A stretch of DNA of 64,000 nt, taken from contig OZ024751.1 of NCBI GenBank assembly GCA_964016885.1, positions 31,682,001 through 31,746,000 on the forward strand, in the 5' to 3' direction. The stretch is from Eledone cirrhosa (Eukaryota). Every line of letters begins with the position of its first letter. Positions within the stretch are counted from its first letter, which is position 1. Made by a program: the position numbers and the translations under genes. This document shows positions 50,101-60,550 of the stretch, piece after piece. A model generated the notes under the pieces. It ran no database searches, had not been told where the DNA came from, and worked only from the letters and a program-made list of their open reading frames with translations.

Positions 50101-53100
50101 GGTAATGATGTTGGTGAAGATGATTGAGTTTTTCTTTTTTCCATTCTTTGAATCTAGGATAGTATTTTCAAGATGTGCCTGTCTCCTGACGCCAAACAAT
50201 TGTCGACTTTACATTATTCTGGAGAACTCATTCTTTGGGATGTTCCATCTTTGCGCAAAAAGAAATCTTGGTTTCATGAAGATCAGGTAAACATGTTGGA
50301 ATTATTTTTATGTGAACAGATTTTACTTCTTTTTAATCTTCTGGGCGTTCTAGGCACTTTATGTCGCCAATAGAGTAATCTCCTCTTAATACATAATGCA
50401 GTGTCAAGGGAAGCAATTCATAAAAAAATTCATTGTGGTAAAGATTATCATAAATGTATTTCACTTTGACACTAAATTCTACCTGTTTTAGGGGATTTTG
50501 GTTGATTTTTGATATTTCACTTATTGCTGTAATTGTTAACCCATTAATTACAGTTTCTCTAATGAAATACATTCTATTTCAATTAATTAACAAATAATTT
50601 TGAGGGATTTACTAAAATTATTTCATCACTAAAATAGTAACTTGATTATTCTAATATAAAATTATGTTAAATAATAATAATGAAATTATTGTGTAAAGTG
50701 CTCAGGTGCACTACAACTCGTCAAAGGTGTATGTATAAGCATAAATGAATTGAGAGAGAGACTGAGCATAAGAGGAATCAAATGCTGCGTGCAGGAGAGG
50801 CGGTTACGCTGGTATGGACATGTGATGCGTATGAAGGATGACAGCTGCATAAAAAGGTGCAGAGCACTAGAAGTTGATGGAAACCGCGGAGTGGGGAGAC
50901 CCAAGATGACTTGGGATGAGGTGATAAAAGCCGACTTTACCCAACTACACCTCTCAAAGTCAATGACACACGACCGTGACCTCTGGCGTCACGCAGTAAT
51001 ACAGGGTACCCGACCTCCCATGGGTACATGCTGAAGCATATAAACAATATGCCCCCCCCCCCCGCAAGGTGGTCGTGGAGGTGCCACGGCAAAAAAGCAC
51101 CCAGCCCACACTGTAAAGTGGACGTGTAGGCGCCACGAAAAAGCACCCAGCACTCACTGTAAATGAGGTTGGTGTTAGGAAGGGCATCCAGCTGTAGAAA
51201 TCAAGCCAGATCAGTTCCTGTATGAGCAAGGCATGGTCAGCCGACCAGACACTGCCCACAACAGGACAACCCGTCTAACCCATGCTAGCGTGGAAGAACG
51301 GACGTAAAACGGTGATGATGATGATGATGATGATGATAGAATAATACACAAATGTCAGGGAAGTGAATAGTGTATGAGTCATGGTATACATGTGTGTATG
51401 TGTATGGAGGGGGAACATTAGCTGTAGTGTTGGCGGATCTCGGGAAGCATGGAGGCCTTAAAGGATGCAGTGTCTCGACCGCTAACAACTGATGCAGGTA
51501 GTTTGTTCCATGCTTCAGCAACTCTGAACGTGAAAAAATGTTTCCGAAAGTCATGGGAACTGTGCTGTTTTCTGACTTTGTGGGCATGTCCACGTGTGTT
51601 AGACACATGGAAATCAAAAAGGTACTCAGGGTTGTTGTTGGCAAGATGGTTAATAATTTTGTGGGTGTTTACCAAGTCAGTTGCAAGGCGTCGGAGCTTC
51701 AATGCATCCATGCCCAGGGAAGCAAGGCGCTCAGAGTATGGTAGATGTCTGATGGAGGGTATTCGCTTGGTTGCACGTCTCTGAACAGTTTCCAGGCGGT
51801 CAATGTTCTGAGCAAGATAGGGGTTCCAGACTGGTGATGCAAATTCTAAGTGTGGCTGCACCATAGCCATGTACAGCCTTAAATAGATATCTGGAGAGCG
51901 GCTGACAAAGGTCTTGCTGAGTGATGCTAAAACACCCTCGGCCCTCTTGACAATTTTAGAGACGTGCTTCGTCCAAAGCAAATCGCTGCTGACCGTAATG
52001 CCCAGGTCACGTTCACAAGAAGACTTCTTGATATTAGTGCTGTGGAGGGAGTATGTGGACGCTGGGTTTTTACTCCCAAAATGCATAGTGGTGCACTTGT
52101 CCACAGCTAGCTTGAGTTGCCAGTCTGAGATCTATTGTTGCATTGTGTCCAGGTCAGACTGCAAGCAAGATCTATAGTGTTCAGGATCTGTCCTTTTTAT
52201 CTCAAGGTACAGCTTGATGTCATCTGCGTACTTTAGTACCGTGGCATTCTTTCTTCTTATTATTATGTTGGAAGATTTTAATTTAAATAGGATCCCTTTA
52301 AAATTGGTGGTTTTGTTTCATAGAACCAGAGTTGGTATTAAAAGGGTTAGATAGGTACCCTTTAAAATGGATGGTTTAATGTTGTTTTGTATTTTTCAAA
52401 AATGTTTTACTAATGTGATTTCACATAGTTTGACAATATCAAGGTGGATAAATGCTTGCTTTTTTCTTTTTTGTAAATATCTTGTGTTCTTTTTTCCAGC
52501 CTGGTTATGATGAAATCAGTCAGGAATTTTTGGAGAATCCTCGTAAAAAGAAATTTCTGAAAGGTACGTATGGTGCCCCAGCATGGCCTCAGCCTTTCAG
52601 CTGATATTTTCCTCCTTAATATGTAAGCTATAATATTATACAGTTTTATATACAAGGGTTGACTGAAAAGTTCATTGGCTGACCAAAATACTCTCATGGA
52701 ATGACCAAACGAGGTTTATATTTTAAACTTAGTCTCTGGAAAGAAACAATGCAGTTATTAATAAGAAGAGTTGAAATTAATGCATGCAAGATTTCACAGC
52801 TCTAGTATCACCCCTTCATAGTCAGCCTGTGAACTTTTCAGCCAAACCTCGAATATAATACTAGACAGATATAAATTATATATTTACCTATAAATCTACA
52901 TTTTTTTTCTCTTGCAGATCTTGTGCCATCAATGAATCTAATAGATATTAACTGGTGGTCAGAAAATGTAAGACATTTTATATTTTATTTTTTAGGTATT
53001 CTATATGTAACTAACTTTTAACTTTTTCAAATCCATCAATATGTAATGGCTACATATTGATTTTTAATTTAGACACAATTCCAGTAAATTTAGGGGAAGG

Positions 53101-53984
53101 GGCAATGTTAAAAGTTAAATAAAAAACAACAAAACAAACCAAAACCCCTCACAATATCTTAATATTTCTTTATACATATATTGCTTTCCATTAGGCTTTA
53201 ATTCTGGCAAGATGTCCCGGAGCTGTGAGCCTTGTTTCCACAAATACTTTGAAAAACCTACTTGGTGCTAACCCTGAATGGTTTGAACCTTCCCCTCGGG
53301 TTACAAGCACTTATGATGGAAGATTTCTTGGACTTGAGGTAATATTTCTAGCTTTCTCTCTGTTGGTTTTATATCATTTAATTAACCCTTTTGATAGTAA
53401 CCTGCTTAGAACTGACTCTGTCTCTATGATACAAAACTATTAAAAAGGGTTTCTATTTAACCCATTTGATAGCAACTTATTTAAAACTCCTTGTTTCTAT
53501 GAAACAAGATCAACTAGTTTAAAGGGCTCATATTTAACCCTTTTGATAGTAACCTGCTTAAAACTGTCTCTGTTTCTATGAAACAGAACCAGTCATTTTA
53601 AAGGGTTCTTATTTAAATCAAAATATCATTCCAACATAATTTTATATAAGAACTGTTTGGTAAGTTACTATGTTAGTAATGAATGAATTAATTAGTAAAT
53701 CTCTCAAAATTCTTCATTAATTAATTGAAATAGGGCATATTTGATTAGAAATACAGGTCAACTAATCTTGTTTTATATCTATTTTAGTGTTCTTGTCGAT
53801 TTGTCTCTAAACGTCACCCAATGACTCACAACAGTAGTGGTTCGTCTTCTGATGAGGAACTGTTTGAAGACAGTGATGATGATGAAGATATTTCTTGGAT
53901 GAGGAAAACCTCTCAGTACACCAAACGAGTTCTCTATTATGTTACGGACAATGAACGATTTCAACCTCTCCGCAAGAGACCCAA
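37692..53984 (+). CDS. NBAS: NBAS (neuroblastoma-amplified sequence, NRZ tethering complex), 5' part; join(37692..37781,41082..41145,42268..42310,43520..43600,44892..44939,45906..46083,46542..46639,47404..47704,49274..49339,50158..50286,52500..52563,52918..52967,53195..53338,53788..53984); gene continues beyond window
   Basis: Fourteen phase-compatible GT-AG exons, about 517 codons. ENILYNLTVHAEW, LQDQFVEIRS, PQWRQMAWSSDATLLA, GLSLWRILSDSPHYKLVT, IFKMCLSPD, LWDVPSLR, IDINWWSE, KNLLGANPEWFEPSPRVT and YYVTDNERFQPLRKRP match the NBAS N-terminal beta-propeller region. Confidence 0.92.
41408..41750 (+). mobile_element. Full-length SINE B with RTE tail
   Basis: Near-identical to 22787-23108. Confidence 0.85.
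41750..42160. repeat. Degenerate minisatellite (CACATTTGATGGCTTAACTAATAT-like) with an internally inverted block
   Basis: Units at about 41850-41905 read TTAGTTAAGCCATCAAATGT, the reverse complement of the flanking units. Confidence 0.75.
42830..43210 (+). mobile_element. CR1/L2-type LINE 3' fragment with duplicated tail
   Basis: Homologous to the 3' end of the 51335-52250 element; tail ...GTGCACCTGAGCACTGTACACAATA(TTA)n occurs twice. Confidence 0.75.
43291..43409 (+). pseudogene. 5S rRNA retrocopy (full length, CpG-decayed) fused to an RTE-type 3' tail ending at about 43474
   Basis: GTTTATGGCCATATCACACTGAAAACACTGGTTCTTGTCCGATCACCAAAGTTAAGCA...GTTAGTACTTAGATGGGTGACTGCTTGGGAA...GGTGCTGTAAG follows the eukaryotic 5S consensus (A box, IE, C box); single copy in an NBAS intron. 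Confidence 0.85.
43938..43973 (-). ncRNA. Degenerate hammerhead motif, second copy of the 23748 repeat
   Basis: TCTT-CTAATGA-AAGAC-TAGT-GTCC-GAAA-CAT-T-AAGA; core G mutated, stem I TCTT/AAGA intact. Confidence 0.5.
44262..44708 (-). mobile_element. RTE-clade LINE 3' fragment
   Basis: GRLYDACVRSAMLHGSETW...ERRLRWYGHVMRM...GRGRPRKTW; (TGA)n tail; same family as 3570-4051. Confidence 0.85.
47740..48060. repeat. ~93-bp tandem repeat, about 3.5 copies
   Basis: Recurring GGTAGACTTAATTTGTCACCCAGTTTAACCCCACTTAGTGGCTCC...AGAGTCCACTCT immediately after NBAS exon 8. Confidence 0.75.
50668..52250 (-). mobile_element. 5'-truncated CR1/L2-group LINE (RT C-terminus plus 3' UTR), interrupted at 50738-51336
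   Basis: KYADDIKLY...LQSDLD..(stop)..ERDLGITVSSDL...PHLEFASPVWNP...VQRRATK...LRRL...TRGH...FFTFRVAEAWNKLP; (TTA)n tail at about 50668-50690. Confidence 0.85.
50738..51336 (+). mobile_element. RTE-SINE composite retroelement copy
   Basis: RTE ORF end (..RRLRWYGHVMRM..GRPKMTW..), poly-C, SINE-B 3' modules and (GAT)n tail; almost identical to 59409-60020. Confidence 0.85.
52653..52851. mobile_element. Tc1/mariner-type MITE
   Basis: TA-CAAGGGTTGACTGAAAAGTTCA ... TGAACTTTTCAGCCAAACCTCG terminal inverted repeats, about 200 bp. Confidence 0.6.
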
Positions 53985-54752
53985 GTAAGTAAAACTGTAA
54001 TAAATTATTGATAAGAGGGACATTACCAATTTTACAATCTAAAATAATGATGCAAATATTTCATCTAATGCACACACAGGTGGTTAAGGAGTTTGCAACT
54101 GAACCAGTTGGTTCTGGGTTTAATCCCACTGTACAGGACCTTGGGCAAGTTTCTACAGGCTGATCAATGTCTCGCCAGTGCAATTGGAAGATGAAAACTG
54201 CAAAAACCCATCATATATGTGTATATATATATATTAATATAAATTATCAAATTGATTAAAACAACAGGAGGCCAGACTGGTGATATACCTTTAAAGTTTT
54301 ATTGTTGCAGAAACACTATAGATATTTCAATGGCTTGGTTATGTAAGACCCTGGCAACATCATCAGGTGTGGATTGCATAATTAGTTAATCAATAAAAGG
54401 AATTACAGCAAACACAAACAGAGAATAGAGAAAATATTAGATTTGGTGAACTACAAAACATAAATGAATGTATATATATATATATAATATATAGGTGTAG
54501 GTGTCACGACAAAAAAACACACAGTCCACGCTGTAATGTGGCCGTGTAGGCAACACGGTAAAAACCTCCCAGACCCACACTGTAAATGTGGTTGGTGTTA
54601 GGAAGGGCATCCAACTGTAGAAAACCTGCCAGACAGTCCTATGCGAGCAAGACAATCACTCTTGCCTCAAGTGGGAAAACCCCCGTCCAAACCCATGCAA
54701 GCGTGGAACACGGACGTTAAACGTTGATGATGATGATGATTTCTATATATAT

Positions 54753-54848
54753 ATGACTTCTATAGAATTATTTCATTTGTATGAAATCATCAGAAATTTT
54801 CCTGATGATTTCATACGAATGAAACAGTTCAAGTCCGCTAGAAGTCAT
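54753..54848. repeat. TA-flanked fold-back containing back-to-back hammerhead cores
   Basis: ATGACTTCTA/TAGAAGTCAT outer arms; inner inverted pair of CTGATGA-TTTCATACGAAT-GAAA (54802-54824 on +, mirror at 54771-54793 on -). Confidence 0.75.
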
Positions 54849-55794
54849 TGATATATATAATAAACATGCCCATACTCTACAATGTATTGAGTACCTTTTT
54901 TAACTGTGGTTACTCCCCCCCCCCCCCCCCGACACAATTTGGGAATTTACATATCATCATCATGATGATGATGGATTAATGTATATTTTTCCACACTAGC
55001 ATGGGTGTGTGTATATATATACAACTTATAAAATTAGGTAAAGAACCTTATAGATGGAAAAAATAATTGCCAGTGGTCACTAAGAAGAATTGAATTTCAT
55101 ATCTCTCAGATACTCACTGAGTGCTGTTGCTATAAGCTAAAGTACCTCTGATAATATTGTACCATCTGAATTAGGGAGCCAAATCTAACACCCTAAGGTA
55201 CTTAAAAGAAACAATAAACAAGTCAAAAAAAAATATTTCGTAGCATTCACTCTGCTAGTGTCACGATTGAAAATGCAGGGAACCAGATTTTGGTATCCTC
55301 TCCTAGAAATGTAAAACACATGTGACTGTTTACTAAACGCATGATATAAATAAATAAATCTTTAGTAATCTTGTCACCAACCAAGGGAGATAACTGATGG
55401 TGGAGAATATGTTAATAGCTAAAAAAAGAAATTACTTTATTCATTTTTTTTTTCTATTACTGGTTTCAATCATTAAACTATGGCCATGCTGGGGCACCAC
55501 CTTGATTGAGTCGATCCCAATGTCCACAGTACATTTTTTTTTCAAGTCTTGGACATGCATTTTATCGATCCCTTTTTGTCGAACTGCTAATTTACATAAC
55601 ATAAACACACACACACACACACATACACAAGTTGATGCAGTTTCCATCTACTAAATTCCATTCGCAAGGCAGCATGACAGAACCCAGAACAAACGTTTTA
55701 AAAATACTTTCATTTTGTCTTTATTGTCTTTATTTCTGTTGTTGTTGTCGTTCATCTCCAGTTTGATGCTTTTTTTAATAAACCTCTGACAGAA

Positions 55795-56012
55795 ACTATA
55801 TATACCCTGAATAGCTTAGTTGTGATTTATATATAGTTTATATACCCTGGATAGCTTAGTTGTATCATATATACAGTTTATATACCTTGAATATCTTAGT
55901 TGTAACACACATATAGTATATACACTCTGAATATCTTAATTGTAACTTATATATAGTATATACACCCTGAATATCTTAATTGTAACTTATATAAAGTATA
56001 TACACCCTGAAT
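55795..56012. repeat. ~41-bp minisatellite, about 5 copies
   Basis: TATATACACCCTGAATATCTTAGTTGTAACTTATATATAG-like units. Confidence 0.8.
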
Positions 56013-56107
56013 CTGTTGTTGGGATAATTTGGGTTAGAATCCATCCTGTATAAGATTTAGGACTTAGAATCTTGTGCTAGTTTTAATTGTTTACAATTAG
56101 CTGATTA

Positions 56108-58104
56108 CACTGTGTAACATATTTTTTACACCGTGTAACATATTTTTTGATCCCCGGTTCTAAGTGTCATTTCCTGGTTTGTTATATCCCATTATTATAA
56201 AAAAAGGCATTGGCAGTATCGGTAGAGGGTCGGACGCCATGCTTTGACGCATAGAGTTACGGCCCTTGCCATTCTGAGTGCAAATCCCGTCGAGGTTAAC
56301 TTTGCCTTTCATCCTAACCGGGGTCGATAAAATAAAGAACCAGTAATACACTGGGAAAATTGCTGGCCTTGTGCCTATTGTAGAAACAATTATTATTAAA
56401 AAACACTATTATTTAATCAGAAGTTTGGGTTTGTGGTCAGGAGTTTCATATTTCGAAATTTTCATATATTTCAAGAAAAAAACACATTTTTTTAAAATTT
56501 ATCAGTTCATATAATTAAATCAACAGAGTATATATTTATTTTATTACACAAGCTTATCAAAAGCAAACAAGTAAAAACAAATAACACTTATAAAGCAACT
56601 TATACACGTCAGAAATGACTGAATTTCCTGGATTTGCGGTTGTAGTCCAGGTCACATTCCCGCACTAGCCTCCAGATATAGTCCCCCATCATTTCTTCAT
56701 TGTAGTAGTCCTGGTACCTCCGCTCTACATCTTTCACATCTTGGTGGAATCGTTCGCCTTGTTCTTCTGAGTAGGCGCCCATATTGTCCTTGAATTTTTC
56801 CAGGTGAGCGTCCAGCATATGGAGTTTAAGCGACATCCTGCATCCCATGGCGCCAAAAGCCTTTATCAGATCCTGCACCAGTTGCTGGTAGTTTTCAGCT
56901 CTGTACTTGCTCAGGAAGCCCGTAACAACTGCCTTGAAACAGTTCCATGCTGTTCTCTCAATCCTATTGAGCTTATTGGAGAACTCGGTAGATCAAATGC
57001 CTTCTTTATCTGAGGTCCAACAAAAATTCCACCTTTGATTTTGGCCTCAGATAACTTGGGGAAGAACTCAAGAAGGTACTTAAAAGCGGCTGATTCTTGG
57101 TTGAGAGCCTTCACAAACTGCTTCATCAACCCTAACTTAATGTGCAGTGGCGGCATGAGCACAATCCTGGGATCAACCAGTGGCTCCCACATGACGTTCC
57201 GAGTCCCAACTACTAATTCTGTTCGCTGCTCCCAGTTCTTTCTTTTGTAGTGGTCAGAGGTGGCTCTGCTGTCCCAAAGGCAGAGGAAGCATTGGAATTT
57301 GATAAAGCCTCCTTGGAGTCCAAGCAGGAAAGCCACCATCTTGAAATCTCAATGATTTCCCAATTGTACTGGTTGTATTGTAGAGCTTCCAAGAGGACTT
57401 TCACACTGTAGTAATCTTCCTTCAGGCAGACTGAATGAGCTAGGGGCAGTGTCGGGAACTTGTTTCCATTGTGGAAGAGGACAGCCTTCAAACTTGTGGT
57501 GGAGCTGTCTATAAATAGCCGCCACTCCTTGGGCACAATCACACCCCAATAACGTCAAACAGTCCAGGCACGTCATGGAAGAAGCAGAGGCCATCCCTAA
57601 GAGTGTAAAAGCTTGAGAAAGGTTTGTGCCGACTTCTCTGACTTGTCACCTGCACTTCCTCCTTGACCAAGTTCCACTGCTTCATCCTGGTGATGAATAG
57701 CTCTGCATTGGACTTGGTCAGACCCATATCCCTGACCAAGTCATTGACTTCTTTTTGGTTTGGAACTTTTTCTGGTACCCCAGTATCAATAAATCTCTTT
57801 AATCCACTTTTTAACAATTTTACACTTTATTGCACTTTTATAATTTTCTTTAGGTATAACTTTATTTTATAATTTTAATTTAACCTGAAACATATATAAA
57901 AAAATCATTTAACATAAGCAAATTAAACTTACATACAACGTAAAATCCAGCATACAAATAATTCTAATGAATAGCTTAGAATTTTTACAAACCCCAACTT
58001 TTAACTGTTTAATAGCACTTTTTTTTTTATTTGGGACCTAAACAACACACAAAAAAGTGATTACAAGCCAAGAACAGAGAAAAAAATTTTGTTGTTACAC
58101 TGTG
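56108..58104 (-). mobile_element. Chapaev3-type (CMC superfamily) DNA transposon, decayed
   Basis: TIRs CACTGTGTAACA / TGTTACACTGTG with a 3-bp TTA target duplication on both sides; transposase remnants on the minus strand; SINE A inserted at 56208-56392. Confidence 0.8.
56609..57817 (-). pseudogene. Frameshifted Chapaev-like transposase
   Basis: Four consecutive frames: NDLVRDMGLTK; EWRLFIDSS..SLKAVLFHNGN; LLGLQGGF.KFQCFLCLWDSR..PPLHIKLGLMKQFVKAL..KIKGGIF; MSLKLHMLDAHL..SEEQGERFHQD..MMGDYIW. Confidence 0.85.
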
Positions 58105-59210
58105 TTATTAGCTAAGTGTTTAGTCCTGTGGTTTGACTGTTGTGATGTAATAATGGTGGTCTCTAATTTAGGCAGAAGGCCAGCAATTTTGTGGGGATGG
58201 TGAAGGGAAAGTCTATTATATAGACTCAGTATGTCTCTGGTACTTTATTTTATTAATCCTTGAAAGATAAAAGGCAAAGCTGACCGTGTCGGGATTTGAA
58301 CCTGGAACATAAAAGTCTATAACTAATTGCCACAAAGCAAATTTGTCTGATGCTCTACCGATTTTTGCCAATCCATTGTCCTGTTTACTAATAGGTAAAA
58401 ACATTGTATGATGACATAGATGCCTTAATGTTACTGAAGGAAGGGGAGAGTTTTCTATTGACTGAGTTTTTTGTTTGTTAAAGTTTGTCTGTCTTGTATA
58501 ATTTCAGTCTAGATCAGTTTCTTTACCTGTTTTGTCTTACACCCCACAATAGTGATTAGTGTAGGTGCCATAAAAAATGCACCCAGTATACTCTGAAAAG
58601 TGTTAATGTTGGTGCCATAAAAAAATGCACCCAGTATACTCTGAAAAGTGTTAATGTTTGTACTACTGTAAAATGCACCCTGTCCGCCTTGTAAAGTGGT
58701 AGAGCTCGAGCCCCAAATAATGCACCCAGGACACTGTAAAGTGGTTGGTATTAAGAAGGGCTTCCAGCTACAGAACCATGCTGAATAATGAACGTGATGT
58801 GCAAGAGTGGTCGGTATGACTCGTCCAGTCTCAGACCATGATAGCCTCCAACCCATGCCAGCAGAGAACATGTATGTAAAATGATAATGATGTTAATGAT
58901 CTCTAAGGTGGGTGATTCCTTCATGAGTTGGAGGAAATGTGGGACAACTTTCAAGGCAACCCACAATTGTATATAAAAAAAAACGAATGGTAAAAAACTT
59001 ACAAGCAATAAATGGTGTTTAAATTTTGAATAGACATGTATATTTATGTGTATACATATATATATATATATGTGTGTGTATATGTGTGTGTGTGTATATG
59101 TGTGTATATGTGTGTGTGTATATATATGTATGTGTGTGTATGTATATAGTACAGTATATGGAAGGAATATATTAGGTTAACACTTGAAATATGTATATAC
59201 ATTACTATAA

Positions 59211-60020
59211 GAGGGAACTACTACCACTGCTAGCTGCAAAAGGCTTCTCCCTCAGAATGAAAGGCAGACTGTATGATGCGTGTATCCGAACAGCGATGTT
59301 GCATGGTAGTGAGACCTGGGCGCTGAAGGTGGAAGACTTACGTAGATTAGAGAGAAACGAAGCCTGCATGCTCCGATGGATGTGTAACAGTAATATACGT
59401 GAACGACAAAGCATAAATGAATTGAGAGAGAGACTGAGCATGAGAGGAATCAAATGCTGCGTGCAGGAGAGGCGGTTACGCTGGTATGGACATGTGATGC
59501 GTATGAAGGATGACAGCTGCATAAAAAGGTGCAGAGCACTAGAAGTTGATGGAAACCGCGGAGTGGGGAGACCCAAGATGACTTGGGATGAGGTGATAAA
59601 AGCCGACCTTACCCAACTACACCTCTCAAAGTCAATGACACACGACCGTGACTTCTGGCGTCACGCAGTAATACAGGGTACCCGACCTCCCATGGGTACA
59701 TGCTGAAGCATATAAACAATATGCCCCCCCCCCCCCCCCCCCCACCGCAAGGTGGTCGTGGAGGTGCCACGGCAAAAAAGCACCCAGCCCACACTGTAAA
59801 GTGGACGTGTAGGCGCCACGAAAAAGCACCCAGCACTCACTGTAAATGAGGTTGGTGTTAGGAAGGGCATCCAGCTGTAGAAATCAAGCCAGATCAGTTC
59901 CTGTATGAGCAAGGCATGGTCAGCCGACCAGACACTGCCCACAACAGGACAACCCGTCTAACCCATGCTAGCGTGGAAGAACGGACGTAAAACGGTGATG
60001 ATGATGATGATGATGATGAT
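59211..60020 (+). mobile_element. RTE-SINE composite retroelement copy (longer, 5'-truncated)
   Basis: Uninterrupted RTE ORF end (RELLPLL..GRLYDAC..GSETW..RWYGHV..GRPKMTW) followed by the same 3' extension as 50738-51336. Confidence 0.88.
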
Positions 60021-60550
60021 AAGAGGTGGTATATATAGAAATGGTTTTAACAAATTTTGTACAAGTCCTATGTCTCATGTTAAAGGAACTAACTGAATGA
60101 GGTAATTTTTATCCCTCGTTAGTTAATCTTACAATTCTGATAACATTAATCCATTATTATATTAAATGAAGTGAGAAATAACTATGTCAAGTGTATCTTA
60201 ATTAAATATATATGTACTGAATCCTCCTTATCTATTGTTGGAGGTTAGGTTGATCTGTCTGTTCATTATATCATGTTTATTTGAAAGGATTCATTTGTCA
60301 GTGCAACAATATGCTGGAATAAACTCCGAAGTCCAAAAGAATAACTTTCGATAAAATAAGAACTAATGTATATGTATGTATATGTATGTATGTATGTATG
60401 TGTGTGTATTTATGTATATGTATATATATGTGTATATGAATATGTATATATATATATATATATGTATATAACTTTGAATAACTTTGAAATGTTTTGGCCA
60501 GTATTGGCCCAGGCCATGTCTAACTTAATAGCACCACCTGGCGAAGTCTT

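Noticed and set aside
58508-58560. Possible next NBAS exon after the TTTCAG at 58507
   Set aside because: The required phase hits a stop within about 17 codons and shows no NBAS similarity; the next exon probably lies beyond the window
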